A stretch of 63,529 bases of DNA, counting the filler. It is 10 parts of 10 records of this genome, joined end to end, with 100 filler letters (N's around TTAATTAATTAA, not from the genome) between each part and the next. Parts side by side here need not be neighbours in the genome. Positions count along the whole stretch, not along the records: positions 1 to 5,396 come from SRR31147125_103604; positions 5,497 to 12,391 come from SRR31147125_103883; 8 more parts are not named here. One strand, given 5' to 3'. Position numbers and translations under genes: made by a program. Below the pieces are notes generated by a model. That model saw nothing but the letters and a program-made list of their open reading frames with translations. It did no database searches and was not told the DNA's origin. This document shows, in pieces, positions 1 to 12,491 of the stretch. Numbering within the stretch: position 1 is the stretch's first letter; each line of letters starts with the position of its first letter.

Positions 1-90
1 CCCCTTCTGTTCAAGACCATGGAACTGCTGAAAATCGACAGAGAAATGCTGAACCGTTACTACGATGAACACAGGAGCAAGAAACAATGA
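1..90 (+). CDS. 3' end of a probable GntR (YtrA-type) regulator, partial
   Basis: Frame 1 reads PLLFKTMELLKIDREMLNRYYDEHRSKKQ*, resembling small GntR C-termini; its stop overlaps the next ATG (ATGA). Confidence 0.4.
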   Translation, partial: PLLFKTMELLKIDREMLNRYYDEHRSKKQ

Positions 91-812
91 AATTCCGAAC
101 CAGTACAATGATTTTATCAGGGCTGATCCTTTTCCTGGCCCTGCTGATCCTCTCCGGACTGATCTTTCTGAGGATCTCGGCCGGAAGTTACGGGAGCACC
201 TACGACGAAACGGGCCGGTCCGCCGGGGAATCCGCCGGAGAGACATCCCGTTTCGACCTGTCCGGAAAAACAGCGACCGTCACCCTTCAGGGCGCCTGGG
301 AGGCGGAAATCCTGCAGGGGGACGATACGGAAATGGAAATCACCATTCCCGGCTCGCTGGATCCCGACCTGATACGCTGGGATGCCAAGGGAACGAATCT
401 GACCCTGATCAACCGGAACAAAAACACCCGCTCGTCCATAACCCCGACAGTCCGGATCACGCTGGCATCCCTGGAGGGTCTGTACAGCGTGGCCGTATCG
501 GCCGTCCGGTTCGAGGGATTCGAAGGTGAGCGGCTGACCGTATCCTGCAGCGGCGCGGCCGAGATTCTGGGAATCCGCAGCAGCTATAAAAACCTGTCGA
601 TCAACCTGTCGGGAGCAGGAGAGATGGACTTCTCGGATGTGGAAACAGAAAATGCGGATATCCAGCTGGGCGGCGCCGGCTCCATCAGCCTGAACATGAC
701 CGGAGGTTCCCTGTCGGGAAACCTGGCCGGAATGGGTGAGGTCACCTACTCCGGCACGGTCAGCCGGAACTCCCTTTCCACCTCAGGCCTGGGAACTGTC
801 CGACAGCGCTGA
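87..812 (+). CDS. DUF2807/GIN-domain beta-helix protein with N-terminal membrane anchor
   Basis: N-terminal hydrophobic helix; repeats such as SGAAEI, SGAGEM, GGAGSI, AGMGEV and a terminal SGLGTV. Confidence 0.75.
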   Translation: MKFRTSTMILSGLILFLALLILSGLIFLRISAGSYGSTYDETGRSAGESAGETSRFDLSGKTATVTLQGAWEAEILQGDDTEMEITIPGSLDPDLIRWDAKGTNLTLINRNKNTRSSITPTVRITLASLEGLYSVAVSAVRFEGFEGERLTVSCSGAAEILGIRSSYKNLSINLSGAGEMDFSDVETENADIQLGGAGSISLNMTGGSLSGNLAGMGEVTYSGTVSRNSLSTSGLGTVRQR

Positions 813-813
813 T

Positions 814-856
814 AAAAAAAGGGGCGGCTTCTCTCGGGAAACCGCCCCTCTGTTTC
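814..856. terminator. Probable bidirectional intrinsic terminator
   Basis: AGGGGCGG...CCGCCCCT stem with an A7 tract on the left and T-rich sequence on the right, between convergent genes. Confidence 0.75.
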
Positions 857-871
857 TGCTTCAGACTTTAT

Positions 872-3800
872 TTACTGACAGAACTCGGGAAGAGACTGAA
901 CGTTCACACTCTCCTCTCTGAGATACCTGATACCGATCACCGCCGCCTGAGCGGCACTGGTCGTGGTCGTATAAGGAACTTTCCGCCGGACCGCCTCGGT
1001 CCGGATATCCTCATCCTGAATCTGCGAGAACCGTCCCAGAGGCGTATTGATCAGAAGATTGATCCGTCCGCTGCGCATATGATCCACTACATTGGGATGG
1101 CCTTCGTGAATCTTCAGGATGACCTCGGAAAAGATCCCCTTGCTGTAGAGATAATCCGCCGTTCCGCGGGTGGCTGCAATCTCAAAACCCATCTCGATCA
1201 GATCACGGATAATGGGCAGGACGGTTTCCTTGTCCCGGTCGTTGACCGATACGAAAACCCGGCCCTTTACAGGAAGGCAGGACCCGACTGCGGCCTGAAC
1301 CTTGGCAAAGGCTTCCCCGTAGGATTCACCGATCCCGATGGCCTCTCCCGTAGACTTCATTTCCGGACCCAGTACGGGATCGAGCCCCGTAAACCGGTCG
1401 AAAGAGAATACAGCCTCTTTGACAGCCCATCCGGTCCGGCAGTATCCCTGCCCGACTCCGGTCTCATCGGTCAGCCCCTGCTCTTTCAGAGAGATGCCGT
1501 TCCAGATGCGGGCCGCCGCGTTGATCAGATTGACTCCCGATGCCTTTGACAGGAAAGGAACCGTCCGGGAGGCCCGGGGATTCACTTCCAGAATGTACAG
1601 GACATCGTCCTTCACGGCAAACTGGATATTCAGGAACCCCTTCACCTGGAACTCCCTGGCGATGGAAACGGCGGCAGCCGCCATCTCCTCCAGAATCTCG
1701 GGGGTGGACTTATAGGGAGGGAAAACACAGGCTGAATCGCCCGAATGGATTCCCGCCGCCTCTATGTGCTGCATGATGCCGCCGACATAGACGTTCTCCC
1801 CGTCGGAGATGGCATCCAGGTCGTACTCGAAAGCATCTTCCAGAAACTGATCCACCAGAACAGGACGCGTATCGGAAATGGGAACCCCTTTGCTGAGGAA
1901 CAGCTTCAGCTCCTCCTCCGAATAGGCGATAAACATGCTCCGGCCGCCCAGTACAAAGGAGGGTCTGAGGAGTACGGGAAATCCGATGTCCCTGGAGAAC
2001 TGCTCCACTTCTTCGGGATTCACGGCACTCTTGTTGTCCGGCTGTTTGAGACCGAGCTTGTCCATGGCGGCGGAGAAGAGTTTTCTGTCTTCCGCCTTAT
2101 TGATATCGTCCACAGACGTACCGACAACCTCGGCGCCCGATGCCTCCAGCTCCTCCACCATATTGAGGGGAGTCTGTCCGCCGAGCTGAACCACAATCCG
2201 GTTCACCTGCTCCTTCTTCATAATCTGCCTGACGCTTTCCGCCGTCAGGGGCTCCATATAGAGGCGGTCTGATATATTGAAGTCGGTTGATACCGTCTCG
2301 GGATTGGAATTGACCATAACGGTTTTATATCCCTGTTCCCGGAGACTCAGGGAAGCCATGGTACAGCAGGTATCGAACTCCAGTCCCTGCCCGATCCGGT
2401 TGGGACCCGAGGCCAGAATGATGATACCTTCGTCCCCGGTGGGGGTTCCTTCATCGACCTCACCCCAGGTGGAGTAGAAATAGGGCGTTTCGGCGTTGAT
2501 CTCGCCGGCACAGGTATCGACAAAGTGATAGGAGGGCAGGATATCCGCCTCCTCCCGCGCAGATGACACCTCAGCGACGGTCCGGCCTGTCAGGCCCGCA
2601 ATCCTCTCGTCCGAAAGGCCGGCCTGCTTCGCATCCAGGAGCAGTTCCGGTCCCACCTCATCCGATGCGGCAAGCTTCTTCTCCAGAACCGCCATGGTTT
2701 TCATCTGGTACAGGAACCAGCTGTTGAAACCGGTCATATCCGAAAGGACCTGCAGGTCCTTGTCCGGATTCCGTTTGAGCCAGGTGTAGGCTCCCCAGAA
2801 GCCTCCGGGGATGGGCGGTCGTCAGGACCGTATCCAGCTCGCTGTCACTGATGCCCGACAGCTCCGTCAGTCCGTCAAAACCGGTTTCCGATGCCCGGAT
2901 AGCCTTGTTCAGAGCTTCCAGGGCAGTCCGGCCGAGGGCCAGAGCCTCTCCGACGGACTTCATCTGGGTTCCCAGTGCCGAGTAGCCCGTAGGGAACTTT
3001 TCCATCTCGAACCGGGGCACCTTGACGGCACAGTAGTCAAGAGCCGGTTCAAAGCAGGATGCGGTCTTGCCGGTTATCTCATTGGTGACTTCATCCAGAG
3101 TATACCCTACCGCCAGCTTGGCGCTGCACCGGGCAATGGGAAATCCCGTAGCCTTGCTGGCCAGGGCGGAAGAACGGGAAACCCGGGGATTCATCTCGAT
3201 GATAATCATTCTGCCCGTATCGGGCTTGACGGCAAACTGCACATTCGAGCCCCCGCAGTCCACTCCGATAGCCCGGAGTATGTCGATGGCCGCGGTTCTC
3301 ATGACCTGATACTCCCTGTCCGACAGGGTCTGCACCGGCGCAATGGTTATACTGTCTCCCGTATGAACACCCATGGGATCGATATTTTCGATGGAACAGA
3401 CGATGATGGCATTGTCCGCCCGGTCTCTCATAACCTCAAGCTCGAACTCTTTCCAGCCGATCAGGGACTCTTCGATCAGAGCCTCCCCGACAGGGCTTTC
3501 CAGAAGGGCCTTTTCCACAAGTTCCTTCAGCTCTTCATGAGAGTAGGCAATGCTTCCGCCCATACCGCCCAGGGTAAAGCTGGGGCGGATAACCAGAGGC
3601 AGCCCCACCTCCTCCTCCAGCCGGAGAGCGCCGGCGACGGTTTTCGTCGCGATGGAACGGGGAGATTCCAGTCCCAGGCTCTCCACGACTTTCTTGAACT
3701 CTACCCGGTCCTCGGCTTTGTGAATGGAATCGATCCGGGCGCCGATCACCTCGACATTGTATTTGTCCAGAACACCCTCGGCCGCCAGATCCAGCGTCAG

Positions 3801-4091
3801 ATTCAGAGCCGTCTGGCCGCCCATGGTAGACAGCAGGGCATCGGGCCGCTCTTTGCGGATGATCTCGGTCACGTATTTGACCGTCAGCGGCTCCACGTAG
3901 ATCCGGTCGGCAATCCCCGGTGTCGTCATCACCGTGGCCGGATTGGGATTGACCAGAATGACCTCGTATCCCTCTTCTTTCAGAGCCTTTACGGCCTGGG
4001 TTCCCGAATAGTCGAACTCACAGGCCTGACCGATGATAATCGGCCCTGAACCGATTATCAGGATTTTATGAATATCTTTTCTGGCGGGCAT
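872..4091 (-). CDS. carB: Carbamoyl-phosphate synthase large subunit (one apparent frameshift in a C4 run near 2793-2796)
   Basis: [62 protein letters not shown]-terminal MGS domain; removing one base joins ORFs 2658-4091 and 872-2737. Confidence 0.95.
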
Positions 4092-5242
4092 TATTTCTCC
4101 TTCACTGTTTCAAGAAAGGCGTCAAATATCCAGCTGGAATCCACCGGCCCCGGTGCCGCTTCAGGATGAAACTGAACACACAGAAGCTTCTTTTCCTTCC
4201 ATTCCAGCCCTTCGACCGAACCGTCGTTGGCATTGCGGAAACGGACGGTCACTCCATCGGGCAGCGATTCCTCCCGTACGGCAAAGCCGTGATTCTGGGA
4301 AGTCACAAAAACCCGTCCTGATTCTTCATCCCTGACAGGATGATTGCATCCGTGATGACCGAACTTCATCTTGTAGGTCTCGGCACCTATGGCCTGACCG
4401 ATAATCTGATGCCCCAGACAGATCCCCACCAGGGGATATTTTCCCAGGACAGCGGAAGCCAGATCGATCTGGTGTTTCAGCACCGCCGGATCGCCCGGTC
4501 CGTTGGAAAGAAAGACACCGTCGGGCGAAATCCTGTCGATCGCATCCATATCCGCATCAGAAGGAAGAAGGGTCACACGGCAGGACCGGGTTTCCAGCTC
4601 CCTGAGTATGTTCGCCTTGATGCCGCAGTCAATCAGAGCGATATGCGGACCGCTGCCCTCAACCTCATGGATAACCCCGGTACCGACGCCTCCGATAAGA
4701 TTCTGCCCTTCCATGGAGGGCTGTCCCTTCAGAAAGGATACGGTCTTTTCCCGGTCCCCGTCGGTCCAGCCGGCCTCATCGTCGGCTGGCCGGACAATCA
4801 TGCCGTTACAGCTTCCCAGATCCCTGAGACGCAGGGTGAGGCTTCTTGTGTCAATTCCTGAAATCCCGGAGATACCGTTCCGGACCAGATATGCGTGAAG
4901 AGGGGTTCGCCCCTCAGGAACCGGACCGTCGTACACGGATCGGACAATAAACCCGGAGACTTTTACGTCCTTCCGGGATTCCGCTTCCGGTCCGTTCTCG
5001 GACCACCGGTCGTCGGTTCCGTAATTTCCAATGTGAGGATATGTCATGGTAACAAGCTGTCCGGTATAGGAGGGATCAGTCAGTATTTCGTGATACCCGG
5101 ACATTCCCGTATTGAAAACCACTTCTCCGAAAGGTAAAACAGGTTCCTCAACCAGAGACGAAGCTCTGGGAGCCGATTCTCCAAACCCCCTGCCGGAATA
5201 AACAGTACCGTCTTCCAGCACGAGGAAAGCCTTATCCTGCAT
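4091..5242 (-). CDS. carA: Carbamoyl-phosphate synthase small subunit
   Basis: [37 protein letters not shown]; start MQDKAF after GAGGGG. Confidence 0.95.
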   Translation of the reverse strand: MQDKAFLVLEDGTVYSGRGFGESAPRASSLVEEPVLPFGEVVFNTGMSGYHEILTDPSYTGQLVTMTYPHIGNYGTDDRWSENGPEAESRKDVKVSGFIVRSVYDGPVPEGRTPLHAYLVRNGISGISGIDTRSLTLRLRDLGSCNGMIVRPADDEAGWTDGDREKTVSFLKGQPSMEGQNLIGGVGTGVIHEVEGSGPHIALIDCGIKANILRELETRSCRVTLLPSDADMDAIDRISPDGVFLSNGPGDPAVLKHQIDLASAVLGKYPLVGICLGHQIIGQAIGAETYKMKFGHHGCNHPVRDEESGRVFVTSQNHGFAVREESLPDGVTVRFRNANDGSVEGLEWKEKKLLCVQFHPEAAPGPVDSSWIFDAFLETVKEK

Positions 5243-5255
5243 AAAGCACCCCTCA

Positions 5256-5294
5256 GATAAATATTTATACCGATTCTGTAAATAAATATACATC
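5256..5294. promoter_or_regulatory. Tandem ARG boxes (ArgR operator) upstream of carA
   Basis: Cores TAAATATTTATACC (5258-5271) and TAAATAAATATACA (5279-5292) match TGMATWWWWATKCA at 11/14 and 12/14, with the canonical 21-bp period. Confidence 0.7.
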
Positions 5295-5313
5295 ACAAAA
5301 TCCGATAGGTTAT

Positions 5314-5342
5314 AAAAAAACCGGCTTAATTACCAGCCGGTT
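5314..5342 (-). terminator. Intrinsic terminator after the tRNA
   Basis: AACCGGCT-8 nt-AGCCGGTT stem followed by a T tract on the minus strand. Confidence 0.7.
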
Positions 5343-5343
5343 A

Positions 5344-5396
5344 TAGTCCCTAGGGGAATCGAACCCCTATTTGAAGAATGAGAATCTCCTGTCCTA
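5344..5396 (-). tRNA. tRNA-Glu(CTC), 5' part cut off by the contig end
   Basis: Minus strand: anticodon arm GGAGA-TTCTCAT-TCTTC, T arm AGGGG-TTCGATT-CCCCT, acceptor 3' strand AGGGACT-A; CCA not encoded. Confidence 0.9.
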
Positions 5397-5496
5397 NNNN
5401 NNNNNNNNNNNNNNNNNNNNNNNNNNNNNNNNNNNNNNNNTTAATTAATTAANNNNNNNNNNNNNNNNNNNNNNNNNNNNNNNNNNNNNNNNNNNN
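5397..5496. other. Artificial contig spacer (first of nine)
   Basis: N44-TTAATTAATTAA-N44; also at 12392-12491, 18467-18566, 24896-24995, 32090-32189, 39835-39934, 45113-45212, 50667-50766, 56522-56621. Confidence 0.99.
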
Positions 5497-6380
5497 CGAT
5501 CCCTTTCGGTAAGCGCATAATAGGGGTAAAGGAGGCTTCCGACGAGATAGACCGAAGTCGCACGGCAAAAGACTTCTCCCAGCCGTCGATCTGGATGACA
5601 AAATTCTCTCCGGGCTTCATTTTCGACCGGTACGGCCCCGGCACATAGACCCTGGCCCACGGACGCATTCCGGCGAGCAGGGTACTGACCACTGCATGGG
5701 CCGGTGGCCGATCCCCCTTTTTGAAGGGCAGGCTGTCGACCACCCCGGGCGCGATGCCCGGATTCGATAATCCCCTGGAGCAGTTCCAGGCGCGTCAACT
5801 GAGCGGTGATGGTTGCGACGTTGGCACGAGCCTGCTGAAGTTGTTCAATCCTGGTACCTTCGAGGAGTTCATCGAGTTGCTCGGTATACTCCGCGACCTT
5901 CTCTTTTGCGTTGAGGTAGTTCTTTTTCGCGATGTCGAGCTGCTGCCTGCTCGCAAAATCGGTATTGTAGAGTTTCTTCTGCCGGTTGTAGATCTCCAGG
6001 TCGTTTTCAAGCGTCGCCTTCCCCGCCTTCAGCCGCGCTTCCGCCTCGGCTATTTTCTGCTGCCGCGGCCCCTTCTCCAACTCTTTTAGATACCATTTTG
6101 CCTGCTCGAGACGTGACTGCTGTTCCTTCACCTGCTCGCTTATTTTCCCATCGTCCATGAGCAGAATAACGTCCCCGGCTGCAACCCGATCGCCCTCCTC
6201 CACCAGAATATCAACAATAATCTCGCTGGCCGGTGCCCGGCTGTTCACGCGGTCCCATTCCAACGTGCCCAGTGCCTGTTCAGGTGATGGGGAACAGCCC
6301 GTCAGCAAAAGCAGCAGAATAGCCCCAAAAAGTATTCGAGCAAAAGGTATTCGGAAATGTCTATGTACCTGAATAATCAT
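5497..6380 (-). CDS. HlyD/YbhG-family membrane fusion lipoprotein, 3'-truncated, two apparent frameshifts
   Basis: Lipobox LLTGC, GTLEWDRV, VEEGDRV, long coiled coil, then VDSLPFKKGD...EASFTP/YYALT across frames. Confidence 0.85.
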
Positions 6381-6723
6381 GTTTCTCCACCGGATTGATC
6401 GCAAATTGATTCCCCACATCTGTTATTACTACCAGGGTTTCACCCGGTACGCCATACCTCTAAGCCGGTTCCGGATACAATCCCCATTGCCTCCAGTTGC
6501 CACCGAAAAACCGATCTCTCTTTCACCCACACAACTCAACCTCGCGTTTCCTGATTTGCCATTACTTCAAGGATGCCGCCATCCTACACCGTAGTATAAA
6601 ATAGAATTTTCCTGTTTTGAACGGATCACCATTGATTCTCGGTAGTTTGATATACACAATACGTGTTTCGTGTCTATTATAAGGAAATGTTGTCAGAACC
6701 AAAACAATGACCAGGACATATAT

Positions 6724-7308
6724 ATGGAAACGAAGCAGGCTACCGTATCGAAACAGACGCTGTACATCTCTGTACTGGCCGTATTCATTATCGGCTTTAT
6801 CTGCGGTGTTGTTTTCACCGTTTATAAAACAGGCGGAGGAGGGTCGACCACCACCGGGGTCCCCCCGCAGAACAACGCGCCGCAACAGGTCTCCCAGGCC
6901 ATTTTGAACCTGGAGGCAGAAGTGACCGCAAACCCGGACAGTTACGAGGCGTGGACACGTCTCGGTCATCTCTATTACGACAGCGACCAGGTTGACAAAG
7001 CGATCGGAGCGTATACGAAATCTCTGGAGTTGAAGGGAAGCGACCCGAACATATGGACGGATCTCGGTGTCATGTACCGCCGCTCAGGCAACCCGGAGAA
7101 GGCAGTCGAGTGTTTCGAAAAAGCGATATCGCTGGACGCGACCCATGCACCGTCGCACTTCAACAAGGGGGTCGTACTGCACTTCGACCTCGGGAAAACC
7201 GCTGAGGCCATCGCTTCCTGGGAATCCGTACTACCCATCGCACCCCAATATAAAACCGCAAACGGTATGCCCCTGCAGGATCTGATTGACCAGGTGAAAA
7301 ACCAGTAG
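6724..7308 (+). CDS. Membrane-anchored tetratricopeptide repeat protein
   Basis: N-terminal TM helix; TPR motifs AWTRLGHLYY, IWTDLGVMYRR, SHFNKGVVL. Confidence 0.85.
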   Translation: METKQATVSKQTLYISVLAVFIIGFICGVVFTVYKTGGGGSTTTGVPPQNNAPQQVSQAILNLEAEVTANPDSYEAWTRLGHLYYDSDQVDKAIGAYTKSLELKGSDPNIWTDLGVMYRRSGNPEKAVECFEKAISLDATHAPSHFNKGVVLHFDLGKTAEAIASWESVLPIAPQYKTANGMPLQDLIDQVKNQ

Positions 7309-7351
7309 AACGGCCTCAACGTCAACGAATGACACCCCAGGAGGAAAAAAC

Positions 7352-8632
7352 ATGAAGCTCGAAACCATCGCCCTTCACGGCGGTCAGACCATAGACCAGG
7401 ACACCCTGTCCCGCGCGGTACCTCTCTACCGTACCAGCGCCTACGTATTCAAAAGCACCGAACATGCCGCCAACCTCTTTGCATTGAAAGAGCTCGGCAA
7501 TATCTACACGAGAATCGGCAACCCGACCCAGGACGTGCTGGAAAAACGGGTCACCCAGCTGGAAGGCGGTGCGGCGGCACTCGCGCTTGCTTCGGGAACC
7601 TCCGCCATTTTCTACACGATCATCAACATCTGCGAGCGGGGCGATGAGATCATCGCTGCCAACAACCTGTACGGCGGGACCTATATCCAGTTCGCTTCGA
7701 TCCTGCCCCAGCTTGGCATCACCGTGAAGTTCGTGGATCCGGAAAATCCGCAGAACTTCAGCGACGCGGTCACCGACAAAACCCGTGCGATCTTCTGCGA
7801 AACCATCGGCAACCCGGCACTCAACGTGGTCGATTTCGACGCGATCGCCGAAGTGGCGCACGCCAATAACCTGCCCTTCGTCGTCGACTCGACCTTTACC
7901 ACCCCCTACCTGTTCAGACCGATCGAACACGGTGCCGACGTGGTCATCCACTCACTGACCAAGTGGATGGGCGGTCAAGGTACCGGCATAGGTGGGATCG
8001 TCATCGACGCCGGCAGGTTCGACTGGACCGACCCAAAGTTCACTATCTACAACGAACCGGACGACTCCTACCACGGTCTCCGCTTCGCGCACGATCTCGG
8101 CGATTTCAACCCGGTCGCGTTCGCGCTACGCATGAGGCTGGTGCCGCTGCGCAACCTCGGCGCGAGCATCAGCCCGGACAACTGCTGGCAGTTCCTGCAG
8201 GGAATCGAAACGCTGGGGCTACGCATGGAGCGGCACTGCAGCAACGCCCGGGCGATAACGGAGCACCTCAACACCCATCCGGTCGTAGACTGGGTCTGCT
8301 ACCCCGGCCTTGCAGGCGCACCGGGGCATGACAACGCGGTCAAATACCTGAAAAACGGGTTCGGCGGCATGGTCACCTTCGGCATCAAGGGCGGGTCGGC
8401 CGCCGGCCGGAAATTTATCGAGGGTCTGGAGTTGGTCTCACACCTGGCAAATGTCGGTGACGCCAAATCACTTGCGATCCACCCGGCTTCAACCACTCAC
8501 TCGCAGCTTTCTCCGGAACAGCTCGCTGAAGCGGGCATCTCGGATGCGATGATCAGGCTGTCGATCGGCATCGAGCACATCGACGACATCAGGGAGGACA
8601 TCGATCAGGCGCTGCAGCAAGCATCTTCCTGA
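7352..8632 (+). CDS. metY: O-acetylhomoserine aminocarboxypropyltransferase (OAH/OAS sulfhydrylase)
   Basis: GNIYTRIGNPT, PLP lysine in HSLTKW, HLANVGDAKSL, HPASTTHSQL; SD GGAGG. Confidence 0.93.
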   Translation: MKLETIALHGGQTIDQDTLSRAVPLYRTSAYVFKSTEHAANLFALKELGNIYTRIGNPTQDVLEKRVTQLEGGAAALALASGTSAIFYTIINICERGDEIIAANNLYGGTYIQFASILPQLGITVKFVDPENPQNFSDAVTDKTRAIFCETIGNPALNVVDFDAIAEVAHANNLPFVVDSTFTTPYLFRPIEHGADVVIHSLTKWMGGQGTGIGGIVIDAGRFDWTDPKFTIYNEPDDSYHGLRFAHDLGDFNPVAFALRMRLVPLRNLGASISPDNCWQFLQGIETLGLRMERHCSNARAITEHLNTHPVVDWVCYPGLAGAPGHDNAVKYLKNGFGGMVTFGIKGGSAAGRKFIEGLELVSHLANVGDAKSLAIHPASTTHSQLSPEQLAEAGISDAMIRLSIGIEHIDDIREDIDQALQQASS

Positions 8633-9833
8633 TGCGCTGTAGTCCGGTTCAACAGCACATGACGCAGGATAACTCTGAAGCATACCTCGACATCGGTTCG
8701 GCAGGCATCGTGGAAAAACAGTATTTCACGTTCGCCGAGCCGCCCGACGAGATGACCCTGGAAAGCGGTGCGGCGCTCGGCCCCATCACCGTCGCATACG
8801 AAACCTGGGGGCGCTGGCGCCTGAAAAGGACAACGCCGTTCTTGTCCTGCATGCGTTTTCCGGAGATTCGCACGCCGCCGGCTTCTACGCAGGGGATGAC
8901 TCCGATGCGAAACCCGGCTGGTGGGATTCAATGATCGGCCCGGGCAAGGGTCTCGACACGAACAAGTACTACGTTATCTGCGCCAACATCCTCGGCAGCT
9001 GCATGGGTACCACCGGCCCCTCCTCCATCAACCCGGAAACGGATCGCCCCTACGCGCTCGACTTTCCGATGATGACTATCGGCGATATGATCGAGGCCCA
9101 GAAGGCGCTGCTCGACCACCTCGGTATAACATCGCTGCACACGGTGATCGGCGGATCGGTCGGAGGAATGCAGGTCCTGGAATGGTGCGTCCGCTACCCG
9201 GAGATGGTCCGCTCGGCGATACCGATCGCGACGACCATGCGCCACTCCGCGTTGGCGATTGCATTTAACGAAGTGGCCCGGCAGGCGATCATGGTCGATC
9301 CAAGCTGGAACAAGGGCAACTACTATGACGCGCAAAACCCCGGCCTGGGATTGGCGGTGGCCCGCATGATCGGGCATGTCACCTACCTCTCGGACGAGGC
9401 GATGCGACGCAAGTTCGGACGCAGGCTCCAAAACAAGGAAAACTTCAGCTACGGATTCGACGTCGACTTCATGGTCGAGAGCTACCTGCGCCACCAGGGC
9501 TCCCAGTTCGTGAAGCGGTTCGACGCGAACTCCTTACTCTACATCACGAAGGCGGCGGACTATTTCGACCTGGTGGATCGTGAGCCGCCGATGCCGTCGA
9601 TCAGGGATATCCACGGCGCCGCCGTAAAATTCCTGGTTGTCAGCTACACGTCGGACTGGCTCTATCCCACCTACCAGGCCAAAGAGCTTGTCCAGACCCT
9701 GAAACGAGCCGATCTAGACGTCAGTTTCTGTGAGATCGAAGCCGATTTCGGTCATGACGCGTTTCTCATCCCGGACAAACGTCTGGGAAATCTCGTCGGA
9801 GGATTCCTCGATGGTACCCCCGGCACTGAGAAT
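8632..9833 (+). CDS. metX: Homoserine O-acetyltransferase (frameshift in a G run near 8807-8811; as sequenced it runs in frame into metW)
   Basis: VAYETWG, HAFSGDSH (shifted frame), MIGPGK, IGGSVGGMQ, RFDANS, FGHDAFL. Confidence 0.9.
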
Positions 9834-10442
9834 ATGCGATTTGACCTGCAGGTCATCGCGTCGTGGATCGAACCAGGGTCGAAAGTACTGGACCTGGGCT
9901 GCGGCTACGGGGAACTGCTGATCTGGCTCAGGGATCACAAGCAGGTCCGGGGCGTCGGCATCGAGCTGGACAAGGAGAAGGCCGCCGTCTGCATCGGCAA
10001 GGGGTTGAGCGTATTACAGGGTGATCTGAACGAGGAAGTCGACGACTACCCAGACAAACGCTTTGACTACGTGATCCTCAGCCAGACGCTGCAGCAGGTG
10101 TACGAGCCCGCCCGGCTGCTCTACTCCCTGTCGCGCATCGGCCGCCGCTTCATCGTCAGCTTCCCCAATTTCTCTCACTACTCCATCAGGCTGCAACTGT
10201 TGCTGAAGGGAATGGCACCAAAGAGCAACGACCTGCCCTACAACTGGTACGACACGCCAAACATCCGGGTGATCACGATGAAGGATTTCAGGCAGTTTGC
10301 CCGCGACGTCGGCTATCAGATCGTCGAAGAGATCGCGATCAAGACCGACCATCACGCGAACCATGGCAGCGTTGTACGCCATCTCAGCAATATCAGAGCC
10401 ACCTATGGCATTTACATGATCGAAAAAGAGGCCGGACCATGA
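9834..10442 (+). CDS. metW: Methionine biosynthesis protein MetW
   Basis: MRFDLQVI, VLDLGCGYG, FDYVILSQTLQ, VSFPNF, LPYNWYDTPNIR. Confidence 0.92.
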   Translation: MRFDLQVIASWIEPGSKVLDLGCGYGELLIWLRDHKQVRGVGIELDKEKAAVCIGKGLSVLQGDLNEEVDDYPDKRFDYVILSQTLQQVYEPARLLYSLSRIGRRFIVSFPNFSHYSIRLQLLLKGMAPKSNDLPYNWYDTPNIRVITMKDFRQFARDVGYQIVEEIAIKTDHHANHGSVVRHLSNIRATYGIYMIEKEAGP

Positions 10443-11419
10443 GTGCAGAAAAAAACGCACCCGAAAAACTCGAGATCCCCATCGTCGAGCCATGCAACCA
10501 CCAGCATGTGAGCAGCGCATCGAAGCACCACCTGATTCCCGGGGTAGTGGAGAAGCTGATGCAGTCGTGGAGTACGAAGGAATGTTACGACCACGTCAGC
10601 CCGGTTGCGATTCCATCGCACAACGCGATCATCGACATCATCAAACAGGCCAGGCGCATCCTCTTCCCCGGCTTCTTCACGTCGGCCAGTCTGCACGCAT
10701 CGAACCTTGAATACTATATCGGCAAGGAAACCACCGAACTGTACGACAAGCTCTGCGAACAGATCACGATGGCCATCAGGCACGACTGTCGACGGCAGGA
10801 GATGCCCTGTACCAATTGTGAAGAGCGGGCAAGCGACATGGCCTACACGTTCATCCAGATCTTGCCCGACATCGCGACCATCCTCGCCTATGACATCAGG
10901 GCGACGCTGGAGGGCGACCCGGCCTCGAAGAGTCCGGACGAAGTGATCTTCAGTTACCCGGGTCTCCATGCGATAACCGTCTACCGACTTGCCCATGAGC
11001 TCTATAAACTCGAAACGCCTATCATTCCGCGGATCATGACTGAGTGGGCCCACGGGGAGACCGGCATCGACATCAACCCCGGTGCGACGATCGGGCCCGG
11101 GTTGTTCATCGACCACGGCACCGGTGTCGTGATCGGGGAAACCACCGTTATCGGAAAAAACGTGAGGCTCTACCAGGGAGTGACCCTCGGCGCGCTTTCA
11201 CTGCCCCGCGACGCCGGTGAAAGCCTCAAAAACATGAAGCGGCACCCAACCCTGGAAGACAACGTGATCGTCTACTCCAACACAACCATACTCGGCGGCG
11301 ACACGGTCATCGGCGCCGGCTCGGTCATCGGCGGTAACATCTGGCTGACCGAGAGTGTCAGTACCGGCACCAAGGTACTGCTGAAACGACCGGAACTGAT
11401 CTACCACAACTCGAAATAA
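10439..11419 (+). CDS. cysE: Serine O-acetyltransferase (EpsC-type)
   Basis: GDPA, YPG, TGIDINPGATIG, IDHGTGVVIGET, YQGVTLG, KRHPT. Confidence 0.92.
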   Translation: MSAEKNAPEKLEIPIVEPCNHQHVSSASKHHLIPGVVEKLMQSWSTKECYDHVSPVAIPSHNAIIDIIKQARRILFPGFFTSASLHASNLEYYIGKETTELYDKLCEQITMAIRHDCRRQEMPCTNCEERASDMAYTFIQILPDIATILAYDIRATLEGDPASKSPDEVIFSYPGLHAITVYRLAHELYKLETPIIPRIMTEWAHGETGIDINPGATIGPGLFIDHGTGVVIGETTVIGKNVRLYQGVTLGALSLPRDAGESLKNMKRHPTLEDNVIVYSNTTILGGDTVIGAGSVIGGNIWLTESVSTGTKVLLKRPELIYHNSK

Positions 11420-11453
11420 CCAACGAGACAAACCCAGAGCCCAGGAGGACACC

Positions 11454-12380
<927 letters not shown>

Positions 12381-12491
12381 GGGCCCCTCCCNNNNNNNNN
12401 NNNNNNNNNNNNNNNNNNNNNNNNNNNNNNNNNNNTTAATTAATTAANNNNNNNNNNNNNNNNNNNNNNNNNNNNNNNNNNNNNNNNNNNN

